From Anaeroplasma sp. (lineage in GTDB: Bacteria; Bacillota_I; Bacilli_A; Acholeplasmatales; Anaeroplasmataceae), in NCBI GenBank assembly GCA_022768655.1, contig JALEQD010000046.1, positions 10,437-74,436 on the forward strand: a stretch of DNA of 64,000 bases. Reading direction: 5' to 3'. The notes under the pieces are model-generated. The model worked only from the letters and a program-made list of their open reading frames with translations, made no database searches and was not told the origin of the DNA. The position numbers and the translations under genes were made by a program. This document shows, piece after piece, positions 27,501 to 36,078 of this stretch (position 1 is its first letter; each line of letters begins with the position of its first letter).

Positions 27501-27622
27501 ATACAATAATCTAAAATTCTTTCAGACAAAACAGCTGTTTTACCACTACCAGCACCTGCAGATACAATAATATTTTGTCCTCGTGTATATATTGCCTTTT
27601 CTTGTTCCTTAGTCCATCCCAT
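24545..27622 (-). CDS. addA: ATP-dependent helicase/nuclease AddA
   Basis: UvrD-type motifs AGAGSGKTAVL, VDEYQDTS and TIHKSKGLEF, plus a C-terminal PD-(D/E)xK region (GIIDLL...IIDYK). Confidence 0.9.
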   Translation of the reverse strand: MGWTKEQEKAIYTRGQNIIVSAGAGSGKTAVLSERILDYCINGGDIRKILVLTFTNKAALEMKERIRSKLIKNKLFEQVEYIDSAYITTFDAYSLALVKKYYYKLNLSKNLTIMDSALIELKKKEILDSIFQELYSNNDLIFLNFLKKYAKQDDKEVKDIILKISASLDLIINIEKFRQEYESNYLSDKKLSLFVDEYEILTREKINEFISVLSDLLSYASCDDASKKLYESVEEILLNLKSLSTYEEYYQYINNCNLQRVNPKASFDVKESKKVANDLLASLKSDYFSKYMFKSDMFDELSSCKEDIIFLLDISHLLLNKLLEYKKSVMSFDYSDIAKYAISLVTDHVDVKNELKYYYNEILVDEYQDTSDIQEAFLSAIENNNLYMVGDIKQSIYRFRNANPYIFKEKYDRYSKNDGGIKIDLTYNFRSRSEVLDDINLLFNKLMTNSCGDADYMLSHQMKYGLKAYEGYTESNFKLEGLVYNKDDFDYSKEEIEAFVIAREIKKKIDSKVKVFKNGSFNDITFGDFAILIDKASSFVTFKKIFEYCNVPISIEADLDLKDSILPKLFSNILLVITKFRNNDFDVRYRHGLASIARSFIYQYSDEDIYRLLNLDTHYNILDDIEYLAGLKEIDYSSLFFEITSKMNIYNKISYIGDVSNSLVVIEYIHSMFNMFTDISYSYEQASEYLSNVFSSDVKLPYKVESSSSDCVKIMTIHKSKGLEFPYCYFPLLSSGFNKSDIRASIGFHSDYGIYMPFYDNGKSNTIIKALITDKLNKENISEKVRLLYVALTRAREKMIIVLEEKEEKNINEFLYNSFRDMLDHINVFEDRYRLIDLNDYNLSYQYKMKNYSSNSVLGNEIISYDERTLPKEVIKGRISKEMHELPTKKVKNNINLGLEFHSALEALDFKKLDIESLPSNDFIKTTLKKVFKHPIFERIKEAKTYHEHEFYEVFDDVEYHGIIDLLVIYDDHIDIIDYKLSNVDSSEYVRQLALYKKYVKTKWNKEINVYLLSLINAEIKRLDV

Positions 27623-27663
27623 AATATTATAATATCATATACTACTATATGATAATTTCCTTT

Positions 27664-29991
27664 CTATAGATTATTTTTAAATGGTTTATATTCTAATTCT
27701 TTAATATCTTCAAATTTCATATAACATATATCCTTATATGGACAAAATGTACATGATTCATTTTTTCCATTTATTAATTTTGGTTCAATGCTAAAGCATG
27801 CATTTTTAATTTCATCATTTGCTTTTTGAATTAATTTTTCAACAAGCATAATCATTTCTGTTTCTTTTTCTTCACTTATTATTTTTGCATAAGCACTAAA
27901 TGATCCATTCTTATTAGTATTCATGCTTTTAATATATGAACTACAATTATAGCTAGGATCAAATAATGCTAAAGAATATTTATCATCAATTGAATAGCCT
28001 TGAAGCATAAATTGCTTTTTACGCTGTTCTAAAATAGGAATTCTTCCATCTAATGACACAATATTAACCTTTTGAAGATATATACCTATAATATGTATGG
28101 TTTTATTTTTAAACTTTTCATATTTTGATAATAAAAACATATATGAAGGAAGCTGTAAATGAAAACCATCTTCAACATTATCAAGACTAATGACATCCTT
28201 TCCTGTCTTATAATCTATTATTGCAGCATAAATCTCTCCAGCTATTTCAGCATATAATAATTTATCAATAAAGCCTTCAAAAATAAATTCATCAGTTTTA
28301 TATTCTATATGTGCTTCTAATTCATATTTATTAAGCATAGATATATTTTCATGCTCTTTATTGAATTCAATTAAAGATGAAAGTATTTCTTCCATTTGCT
28401 TAAAAAAGAATTTATCCTTTGCATCTACAGCATGTTCTAAGGTGGAATTTAATACTGATTTATTAAAATCAAAATTAGGCTTATAGCTTTCCTCTAAAAC
28501 CTGATGTGAATAAGAACCTAATCTTTGTGCCATGTTAGGAGTAAATTCATTAAGATTTAGTATTCTATCTGCATAATAGAAAAATGGACAAAGAAAGAAA
28601 CCCTTTATACTAGAATATGATAATTTTAAAGGTTTATCTAAAAATCTATCATTTATTAATTTAGTATCAATTTTCTTATATTCATTATTATATGAAGAAT
28701 ATGATAAATGCTTAATATCATATTTAGTTAAATCATTGGAATAAATTTTGTATTTAACAAATTTTGAATATTCAATTCCTAAATTCAAATCATCTTCTAG
28801 CCTTGAATATCCATATTCATAATTAGAATCAATTACCTCAAGCTCTAATTCATCTATCAAATTTGATTTAAGCAATTCCTTTTCACCATCAGATTTTGGG
28901 TATGAGCAAAATATATTTTTAGTTTTAGTTAACAATGAAATTGATTTTTGCTTTTCTATTCTATTTTTTGAAATTGAAGAATCGAGATTAATTAATTCAA
29001 GCTCCTCATCATTTAAAAATTTATCATCCTTAAATATCTTAGGAAATTTTGATAAATTCATTCCTACCAAAAATACATATTCATCATCAAAATATTCGTT
29101 TTTAAGCTTAGTTTGAACCATTTCTTCATATTTATCTTCTTTAAATGTAATTGCTTTTAATTCATTTTCAAAGAATGATATATAATCCCTTGGATTTTCC
29201 TCTTCCAAATCATAATCTATAATGATATTCATAATTGAACTATAATATTTTGAATTATTATCTAGTTCATTTAATATTTCTTGAAAAGAATCCTTTACCA
29301 TACATAAATTTAAAAATTGCTTTGAAATAGGTAAAAAGGATATATTTTTTTCATATGTTTTAGCTACAGGAATATTATAATTTATTGATAAACGCTTAAG
29401 TAAATAATTATATGAATTATCTAAGTTAATTATGAATATTTTATTATAACTAACACCATTGTTTTTTAGCTTTACAATCTTACTAAATACATAATTTAAT
29501 TCATGTGAAATATTATTAAATGCTAATACCCTTGGTTTGTTTGGTAAAATAACAGAATTTATAATATTAACATTGGTTTTTTTACTTAAAATATCTTTTA
29601 TATAATTTTCACTTTTTGTTTCATTTTGATTAATCCATGTAATAGGAAATTGGCTTAATCTATATTCAAAATAAGGATCTTTTTTATAATAACCATTTTT
29701 TATAAGATATTCTTTTATTGTTACCAGGCTATCTAATTTTTCATCCATATATAATTTTTTTTCAATATATGGAAGATAGTCTATTATCTCTTTAGAAAAT
29801 TCATAGGAATAATCATATTTTTTAGCTAATATTAAAATACTATTTTTTAAAAATTCTCCTAAAGTCTTTTTAACAAGCTCAGAATAAGATAAAAAAATGT
29901 AATTATTAAAATCCTTATTTTCTTTAATTATTCTTTTTTTTGTGACCTCATCACATATTATAAATCCTTCTTTTATTTCCATAATTTTCAC
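27664..29991 (-). CDS. addB: AddB-like helicase-nuclease subunit, short (775 aa), with Fe-S cysteines
   Basis: Immediately upstream of addA. C-terminal nuclease region (IIDYKTGK) and the C-x2-C-x5-C cluster CTFCPYKDIC, with an earlier Cys in FFLCPFFYY. I saw no Walker A motif. Confidence 0.75.
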   Translation of the reverse strand: MKIMEIKEGFIICDEVTKKRIIKENKDFNNYIFLSYSELVKKTLGEFLKNSILILAKKYDYSYEFSKEIIDYLPYIEKKLYMDEKLDSLVTIKEYLIKNGYYKKDPYFEYRLSQFPITWINQNETKSENYIKDILSKKTNVNIINSVILPNKPRVLAFNNISHELNYVFSKIVKLKNNGVSYNKIFIINLDNSYNYLLKRLSINYNIPVAKTYEKNISFLPISKQFLNLCMVKDSFQEILNELDNNSKYYSSIMNIIIDYDLEEENPRDYISFFENELKAITFKEDKYEEMVQTKLKNEYFDDEYVFLVGMNLSKFPKIFKDDKFLNDEELELINLDSSISKNRIEKQKSISLLTKTKNIFCSYPKSDGEKELLKSNLIDELELEVIDSNYEYGYSRLEDDLNLGIEYSKFVKYKIYSNDLTKYDIKHLSYSSYNNEYKKIDTKLINDRFLDKPLKLSYSSIKGFFLCPFFYYADRILNLNEFTPNMAQRLGSYSHQVLEESYKPNFDFNKSVLNSTLEHAVDAKDKFFFKQMEEILSSLIEFNKEHENISMLNKYELEAHIEYKTDEFIFEGFIDKLLYAEIAGEIYAAIIDYKTGKDVISLDNVEDGFHLQLPSYMFLLSKYEKFKNKTIHIIGIYLQKVNIVSLDGRIPILEQRKKQFMLQGYSIDDKYSLALFDPSYNCSSYIKSMNTNKNGSFSAYAKIISEEKETEMIMLVEKLIQKANDEIKNACFSIEPKLINGKNESCTFCPYKDICYMKFEDIKELEYKPFKNNL

Positions 29992-30090
29992 ACAATAATA
30001 AAATTAATTTCATTATTCCTTTCACATAACAATTATAACAGCAAAGTAGACATATTATATGTCTATATGTAAATTTTATCATAATTTTTT

Positions 30091-30122
30091 TAGAAAAAAA
30101 TAAAAAGGACAAATTTGTCCTT
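30091..30122 (-). terminator. Terminator after the rpsP-KH gene pair
   Basis: AAGGACAAA/TTTGTCCTT perfect palindrome, followed on the minus strand by TTTTTATTTTTTT. Confidence 0.75.
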
Positions 30123-30123
30123 C

Positions 30124-30369
30124 TTACTTACTTTCAATATCAAGATGTATCTTTTTTCCTTCTTTAGAAGCACCAGCATATAAAACAGTACGAATCGCTT
30201 TTGCTATAGATCCATTCTTTCCAATAACACGACCTAAATCAGTTGGATTAACCTTAACCTTATATTCAAGATTATCTTCTGTTTCATTTAAGCATATTAT
30301 TTCAACATCACGAGGATATGCAACTAAAGGAAGAATTAAACTTTCAATTAACTCTTCAAACTTTATCAT
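30124..30369 (-). CDS. KH-domain RNA-binding protein (YlqC family)
   Basis: 81 aa. GRVIGKNGSIAKAIRTV (GxxG KH motif). Conserved position after rpsP. Confidence 0.9.
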   Translation of the reverse strand: MIKFEELIESLILPLVAYPRDVEIICLNETEDNLEYKVKVNPTDLGRVIGKNGSIAKAIRTVLYAGASKEGKKIHLDIESK

Positions 30370-30381
30370 AAGACACCTCTA

Positions 30382-30627
30382 TTACTTCTTAATTACGTTA
30401 TTTGCAACTAAAATATTCTTAACTGTAACAGTAGTTTGAGCACCCTTTGCTAACCAAGCTTGTACCTTTTCAGCATCAACAGTAACTGTTGCTGGATCAG
30501 TTAATGGATTATAAGTTCCTAAAATTTCTAAAAACTTTCCATCACGTGGGCTTCTAGAGTCAGCTGCAACAATACGATACTTTGGAGCTTTGTGAGCACC
30601 AAATCTTTGTAATCTGATTTTTACCAT
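30382..30627 (-). CDS. rpsP: 30S ribosomal protein S16
   Basis: [20 protein letters not shown]. The start is set at the Met preceded by AAGGAG. Confidence 0.95.
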   Translation of the reverse strand: MVKIRLQRFGAHKAPKYRIVAADSRSPRDGKFLEILGTYNPLTDPATVTVDAEKVQAWLAKGAQTTVTVKNILVANNVIKK

Positions 30628-30660
30628 AAATTCTACACTCCTTTTCAATAATACGCTACT

Positions 30661-30688
30661 ATTATATCACATAAAAAATAGGTGTCAA
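30661..30688 (-). promoter_or_regulatory. Near-consensus promoter of the rpsP operon
   Basis: On the minus strand: TTGACA, a 16-nt spacer, then TGaTATAAT (extended -10). Confidence 0.7.
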
Positions 30689-30724
30689 GGATTTTTTCTT
30701 GACATATTAATTAATTGTTAATAA

Positions 30725-30777
30725 TATAAAAATCCAAGAAATATTATTAAAACATATGTTCTTAATATTTCTTGGAT
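30725..30777 (-). terminator. Terminator of the LolA-like lipoprotein gene
   Basis: 15-bp perfect stem ATCCAAGAAATATTA / TAATATTTCTTGGAT, followed by TTTTTAT on the minus strand. Confidence 0.75.
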
Positions 30778-30787
30778 AATAATATAA

Positions 30788-31759
30788 TTATTTAGTCAAA
30801 GATATAGCACTTACAATAGATAATATTTTTTCAAGTTCTAAATCCTTTGAATAAACACATATTTCATATTCATCATCAAAATATTTTACTACTCTATCGT
30901 TTACAAGCATTAGTCCAGATTCAATAATTTCAAAATCATTATATGTTTCTAATGCAATTTCAGTGTCGTATATAACCGCTTTAGCTACTGTTATCGTATA
31001 ATTACAATCACCAGTATAACACAAGATGGCACTATCCTCAGTTAGCTTTGTAGAAGTTAAGGTGGTTCCATCAAGAACGTATCCTGCAGTAATAGCTATT
31101 GTTGGAGAATTTGCATCATTATTCTTTTCTATGTCATTTTCATCTAATATTATCTTTTGATTGAAGTCATCCTTAGTAATATTTTTTGAGGTATCAAATG
31201 TTAGAAATTTTGCCTTTACAGCTTCTTTATTATTGCTATCATAGAAAATAATACTTACAGGTTTGTTTTCCTTAACGTTATATTCAAACTTAAGCCTGCT
31301 ACCATTTTTTGCGTTTGAAAGCTTACATTCAATAGTTAAAACATCATTTTCTAGCTTTGATGAAGCATCTTTATCTGCTTTAATCTCTTTAACAATTCCA
31401 TCAATTAAATATGCATGTGTATGGATATTAGGCCATTCACTATTAAATTTAAATTCTTTATTCAATGATGGATTTAAAACAAATACACCGTCATTGTTTT
31501 TTAAAATAATTTGTTCAGATCCAGTTTTACTTTTAAATACAACCTTATAATAATTAGGATTTAAATAATCAATAACAATATCATTCTTTACTGTTTTATC
31601 ATTTTTTAGCATTGTTAGCTCGCATGTAGCTTCATATTTTTCAATACCTGAAAGATATTTAGTTATATCATCTATTCCTGTTTCACTTCCAATCTTACTA
31701 CAACTAGCCAATTGTAATAACATCATCATCAATACAAATAACATAATTCCCTTTTTCAT
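30788..31759 (-). CDS. Lipoprotein with LolA-like/DUF4367-like architecture
   Basis: Start set at MKKGIMLFVLMMMLLQLASC (lipobox). The mature part has the beta-rich pattern (YEATCELTMLKNDK..YKVVFKS..EQIILKNNDGVFVLNP) seen in LolA-like sorting-protein folds. Confidence 0.45.
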   Translation of the reverse strand: MKKGIMLFVLMMMLLQLASCSKIGSETGIDDITKYLSGIEKYEATCELTMLKNDKTVKNDIVIDYLNPNYYKVVFKSKTGSEQIILKNNDGVFVLNPSLNKEFKFNSEWPNIHTHAYLIDGIVKEIKADKDASSKLENDVLTIECKLSNAKNGSRLKFEYNVKENKPVSIIFYDSNNKEAVKAKFLTFDTSKNITKDDFNQKIILDENDIEKNNDANSPTIAITAGYVLDGTTLTSTKLTEDSAILCYTGDCNYTITVAKAVIYDTEIALETYNDFEIIESGLMLVNDRVVKYFDDEYEICVYSKDLELEKILSIVSAISLTK

Positions 31760-31860
31760 ATTCTTCCACCCATTTCTATTCACTAAAGGATATGCCTAAC
31801 TTATTTTCTTTATGTATAAAAAATCATTATTAGGGAAAAAATATTTTTGAGGTGGAAAAC

Positions 31861-32070
31861 ATGAGTATAATACAAAAAATCGCCCTAGTCATTACAATCA
31901 TTGGTGCAATAAACTGGGGCTTAGTCGGAATATTTGATTTTAACCTTGTAGAATTTCTTTTTTCAAAAGGTTCAATATTAACAAGAATCATCTATATTCT
32001 TGTATGTATTTCTGGCTTATTCAATGTGGCACTTCTCTTTATGAGAAATAGACATAAGATTATGGAATAA
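31861..32070 (+). CDS. DUF378-family small membrane protein
   Basis: IALVITIIGAINWGLVGIFDFNLVEFLF is the characteristic DUF378 motif. GAGGTGG lies upstream of the ATG at 31861. Confidence 0.75.
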   Translation: MSIIQKIALVITIIGAINWGLVGIFDFNLVEFLFSKGSILTRIIYILVCISGLFNVALLFMRNRHKIME

Positions 32071-32081
32071 CCAATAATATA

Positions 32082-33023
32082 CTAATTATTATTTTTTCTT
32101 TGAGCTAGCTCTGTTGCTAGCTCTTTAATTTTTCTAAAGCGATGATTTAAGCCGGATTTTGTTAAATTAGGATCATATTCATCATGTATAACATCTAGTA
32201 ATTGAGATAGTGAATGCTCAGGATAATCCTCTCTTACCTTCATAACCATCAATAATTTAGAATCTAATCTTTCAAGAGGATAATTATATTTTAAATACCT
32301 AATATTTTCAAGCTGTTCTTTTGAAGCAATATTAGTTTTATCTTGATTTGCAATATCAAGATTAATTGTTCTTTTTGCGTTTGCTTTTATTTCTTTAGTT
32401 ATTATTACATCCTCGTAATAACTCATTGATTGGGTAGCTCCTAATCTATATAAAAAATCTCCAATTGATTCTTTAGATTTAATATATGCAAGTAAATAAT
32501 TTTTTCTTTTTGAAATTCTAGCATTTAATTCAAAAGCATTCATACATTTTTGAATAAATAATATTTCATTTTCAGAAGCAGATATAATTTCTAAATGACT
32601 GTTTTTACTCATAGGGTCATTTACGCTACCACGAACTAAAAATGCACCTCTTAAATAAGGAACTAATAAATCCTCAGAATCATTTATAGAAGCTCTAGCA
32701 TCTGATTGTGAGGCAATCAGATTCATATCTTCTACTATCTTTGATGAATCACTAGTAATTAAGCATATAAAGGTTGTATGATTATCAAAACGATTAACCT
32801 TTCTTGATAATATTTCGTATTCGATTTCATAAAATTCCTTACAAAGCTTTATGAATCTTCTCACAACACTCATATTATTACAGGTAAATGAAAGCTTAAT
32901 TGGAGATGAGAAAATTATTTCCCCACCAAAACGAAGCATAGCCTCTAATTCCAATTTATCACCAAGCTTACTTGTATTATTGACTTTAATTAAATCATCT
33001 TTTACATTAAGAGAAAAGCTCAT
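32082..33023 (-). CDS. whiA: DNA-binding protein WhiA
   Basis: MSFSLNVKDDL N-terminus, LAGLIDADG-derived middle region, and a C-terminal HTH (LTKSGLNHRFRKIKELA). Confidence 0.88.
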   Translation of the reverse strand: MSFSLNVKDDLIKVNNTSKLGDKLELEAMLRFGGEIIFSSPIKLSFTCNNMSVVRRFIKLCKEFYEIEYEILSRKVNRFDNHTTFICLITSDSSKIVEDMNLIASQSDARASINDSEDLLVPYLRGAFLVRGSVNDPMSKNSHLEIISASENEILFIQKCMNAFELNARISKRKNYLLAYIKSKESIGDFLYRLGATQSMSYYEDVIITKEIKANAKRTINLDIANQDKTNIASKEQLENIRYLKYNYPLERLDSKLLMVMKVREDYPEHSLSQLLDVIHDEYDPNLTKSGLNHRFRKIKELATELAQRKNNN

Positions 33024-33025
33024 AA

Positions 33026-34504
33026 TTACTCCACACAAACACGAAGCATATCAGATAATCTATTAATTGTGTAATCTGGATTAGCCTCTATTATTTTTTC
33101 TGGGTGATTAACATATAAGCATCCTACAGTTTTTACATTTGCCGATTTTCCAGCCAATATATCATTTACATTATCACCAACATAGCATGCATTATGTGCA
33201 TTTGTCTTTTCTATAGCTAGTAATATTCCATCAGGAGCTGGCTTATGATTTTTCACATCATCAGAGCCTATAACAACATCCATTTTATCTAATAAGCCAA
33301 ATAGCTCAAGTCCGTGACAAACCAAATCAGTTTTTTTAGAAGATACTACTCCTAATTTATACTTTTTTCTTTTTAAGGTATTAATTAAATCCTTCGCACC
33401 AGGCATAGGCTTAACTATAGAATCATGATTTGCAATATTAAATTCTCTATAATATTTAATCATTTCCTCAATTTCATTTTCATCGTCGGAGTATCTTGAA
33501 AATGATTGATACAAGGTAGGTCCAAAAAACTGATCTAATTCTTCGTCTGATAGCACATATCCTGGTCTAAAATGCTCAAATGTGTGAATAAAGCTTTGAT
33601 CAATTAACGGCTTTGTATCAAGCAATGTACCATCTAAATCAAATAAAATTAAATCAAATTTATTATCCTTTATCTCTTTTAATATATCTTGATAATATTT
33701 TTGCGGACCAACAAATCTTTTCGCAACAATAAAGGCAATACCTGCAACAATAAATAACACACTCATAAAAATAGAAACAGGAATAGGTCCAAGCATTAAT
33801 GGTTCATTAACACCACTTTGCATTCTTAATGATTCTGTAAAAATTCGCACACAGCCATACCAAACAAAATAGCCACCTATTAAATCTCCACTTTGTAATT
33901 TTTTAAGCTTTCTTCTTGCAACAAGCATAAGAATTAAGCCTACTAAATTTAATAATGATTCATATAAAAATGTGGGATGATAATAATAATTACCTATTTT
34001 CATGTTTTCTCTTATGAATTTTGGAAGCATCTTCCAAAAAAAGTTTGTTGTATCCCTAACCGCAGGTCCATAAAGCTCATGGTTGCAAAAATTACCCCAT
34101 CTACCACAAATTTGTCCAATTAAAAAGCCAGGGGCTACAACATCTAAAATTCTATATAAAGAAATTTTTCTTTTCCAGCAATAAATAATTATCGCAATCA
34201 TTGCTGCAATAATACCACCTTGAATGGCAAGACCAGCAAGACCGCCCTCAAGACCAATTATTTTCTTAAAGGTCCATGATTGATCTAAATTAAATAATAT
34301 ATACCATAATCTCGCCCCAACAATTGCACAAGGAAATACAATAATTAAGCCCCAATATATATCGTCACTTGGTATACCAATTTTCTTACCCTCAACAATT
34401 CCTGCCCATACTGCAAGAACAACACCAACAAGAATACAAACAGAATACCATGTTATTTCAAGACCAAAAATTGAAAATGTAGGATCAATATAATTAAATA
34501 GCAT
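33026..34504 (-). CDS. lgt: Fusion protein: prolipoprotein diacylglyceryl transferase (Lgt) plus a C-terminal HAD phosphatase (PpaX-like)
   Basis: Residues 1-265 carry the Lgt signature CGRWGNFCNHELYG and multiple TM helices. Residues ~280-492 carry the HAD motifs LILFDLDGTLLDT, VVSSK and VGDNVNDI. Confidence 0.85.
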   Translation of the reverse strand: MLFNYIDPTFSIFGLEITWYSVCILVGVVLAVWAGIVEGKKIGIPSDDIYWGLIIVFPCAIVGARLWYILFNLDQSWTFKKIIGLEGGLAGLAIQGGIIAAMIAIIIYCWKRKISLYRILDVVAPGFLIGQICGRWGNFCNHELYGPAVRDTTNFFWKMLPKFIRENMKIGNYYYHPTFLYESLLNLVGLILMLVARRKLKKLQSGDLIGGYFVWYGCVRIFTESLRMQSGVNEPLMLGPIPVSIFMSVLFIVAGIAFIVAKRFVGPQKYYQDILKEIKDNKFDLILFDLDGTLLDTKPLIDQSFIHTFEHFRPGYVLSDEELDQFFGPTLYQSFSRYSDDENEIEEMIKYYREFNIANHDSIVKPMPGAKDLINTLKRKKYKLGVVSSKKTDLVCHGLELFGLLDKMDVVIGSDDVKNHKPAPDGILLAIEKTNAHNACYVGDNVNDILAGKSANVKTVGCLYVNHPEKIIEANPDYTINRLSDMLRVCVE

Positions 34505-35436
34505 TATTCCTCTCCTCCTTTAGCCTTTTCATCAACCTTTTCAATAAAATCCTGGGCAGCAAAATGACCTAATAATTTCAATTTTTCATTCATTGCTGCT
34601 GATTCAACTAATAATGAAACAGTACGTCCAGGTAATACAGGAATTGTAATCTTAGTTATTTCTGTATTAAAATACTTATTCTTTTGTGTTTCAAGACCTA
34701 AGCGATCATAATATTTGTCGTTATCCCATGCTTGTAGTTCTACAACAAGTCTTATATTTTTTCTTTCTCTATAAGCGCCAGCTCCAAACATTGTAACAAC
34801 ATCAACAATACCAATTCCTCTAATTTCCATATATCTTTTTAAAATATCAGGAGCAGTACCTATTAAATTACCCGGCTCCTTTTCGATGATTTCAACTAAA
34901 TCATCGGCAATAAGCTGATGTCCTCTTTTAATCAAATCTAAAGCTGTTTCAGATTTACCAATTCCGCTTTTACCAATAATTAATGTACCCATACCATTAA
35001 TATCAAGCAAGGTTCCATGAACAGATATCCTTTCAGCAAGCTTATCCTGTAGATAAGTATATAATTTAGAAGAACAAGGAGTTGTTCTTAAATTTGAATG
35101 GAATATACAAATCTTATATTTATCTGCCATTTCATAAAATATTTCATCAACATTTACATTTTTTGAAAAAACTAAGCATGGTGGATTAGAAGCAAATATT
35201 CTTTCAACGTTTTTTCTTTTTTGATCTTCAGATATTTCCTGCTTTAGAAATGAATGATCCTTTGAACCAACAAGAACAATTCTATTCTTATCATAGAAAT
35301 CAAAAAAACCAGCAAACTCTAAACCTGGTCGTAATATCATATCCTCAGAAATTTTAGCATTTAATCCCTCTTGGCCTGCTAAAAGCTCAAGGTTATTATC
35401 CTTTGCAAATTGTTTTACACTTACATAATCAGTCAT
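34504..35436 (-). CDS. hprK: HPr kinase/phosphorylase
   Basis: Walker A GKSGIGKSETALDLI and signature EIRGIGIVDV. Confidence 0.95.
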   Translation of the reverse strand: MTDYVSVKQFAKDNNLELLAGQEGLNAKISEDMILRPGLEFAGFFDFYDKNRIVLVGSKDHSFLKQEISEDQKRKNVERIFASNPPCLVFSKNVNVDEIFYEMADKYKICIFHSNLRTTPCSSKLYTYLQDKLAERISVHGTLLDINGMGTLIIGKSGIGKSETALDLIKRGHQLIADDLVEIIEKEPGNLIGTAPDILKRYMEIRGIGIVDVVTMFGAGAYRERKNIRLVVELQAWDNDKYYDRLGLETQKNKYFNTEITKITIPVLPGRTVSLLVESAAMNEKLKLLGHFAAQDFIEKVDEKAKGGEE

Positions 35437-35445
35437 TTTTTTCTC

Positions 35446-35991
35446 CTATAACAATTTATTTTTTAATATAATAAAAGAGAATAATAAATAAAATAATTCA
35501 ATTCCTATCAAATAAAATATCCAAATTGAAGAGAAATTGAAAATAGGATAAATATTATTCAATAAATAAAAATTTATTATGATTAAAACAAAAACAAAAA
35601 AATACGAAAATGAAATACCCTTTTTAGAAAATGAAGGTAAATACTCATAGCCTGTCAATACTAAGCTTACAATAAATACAACAAAAAATATTAAATATTT
35701 ATTATTAAACGCAATGTTAGAAAATAAAAAGCCTATCAATATTAAGCCAATTGTAAAATACATCAATAAATGAATAAAAAAAGTCGAACAAAACATTAAT
35801 ATTTTTTTAATCCTTGATCGATGAATATTAACCAAAATACTTGATAGTGTTTCTTCAATTATTTTTGCCTCAGACTCACCAACATTATCTATCTTCTTTA
35901 ATTCATCTAATAATTGTATAATTTTCTCTTCTTTTTTCTTTTTTTCTTCTTCTTTTTGTTTTTTCTTATCCATTATTAAACACTTCCACAT
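35446..35991 (-). CDS. Membrane protein of unknown function with a Lys/Glu-rich N-terminus
   Basis: 181-aa ORF with KKKQKEEEKKKKEEK followed by 4 predicted TM helices. It lies between uvrA and hprK, where Bacillus has the yvl membrane genes. Confidence 0.45.
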   Translation of the reverse strand: MWKCLIMDKKKQKEEEKKKKEEKIIQLLDELKKIDNVGESEAKIIEETLSSILVNIHRSRIKKILMFCSTFFIHLLMYFTIGLILIGFLFSNIAFNNKYLIFFVVFIVSLVLTGYEYLPSFSKKGISFSYFFVFVLIIINFYLLNNIYPIFNFSSIWIFYLIGIELFYLLFSFIILKNKLL

Positions 35992-36078
35992 TTACTTATT
36001 ATATACTAATTCTGTCAATTTTACAATAAAATGACTTTTTATAATAAACATATAAAAGCTCCCGAAGGAGCCTTTATC

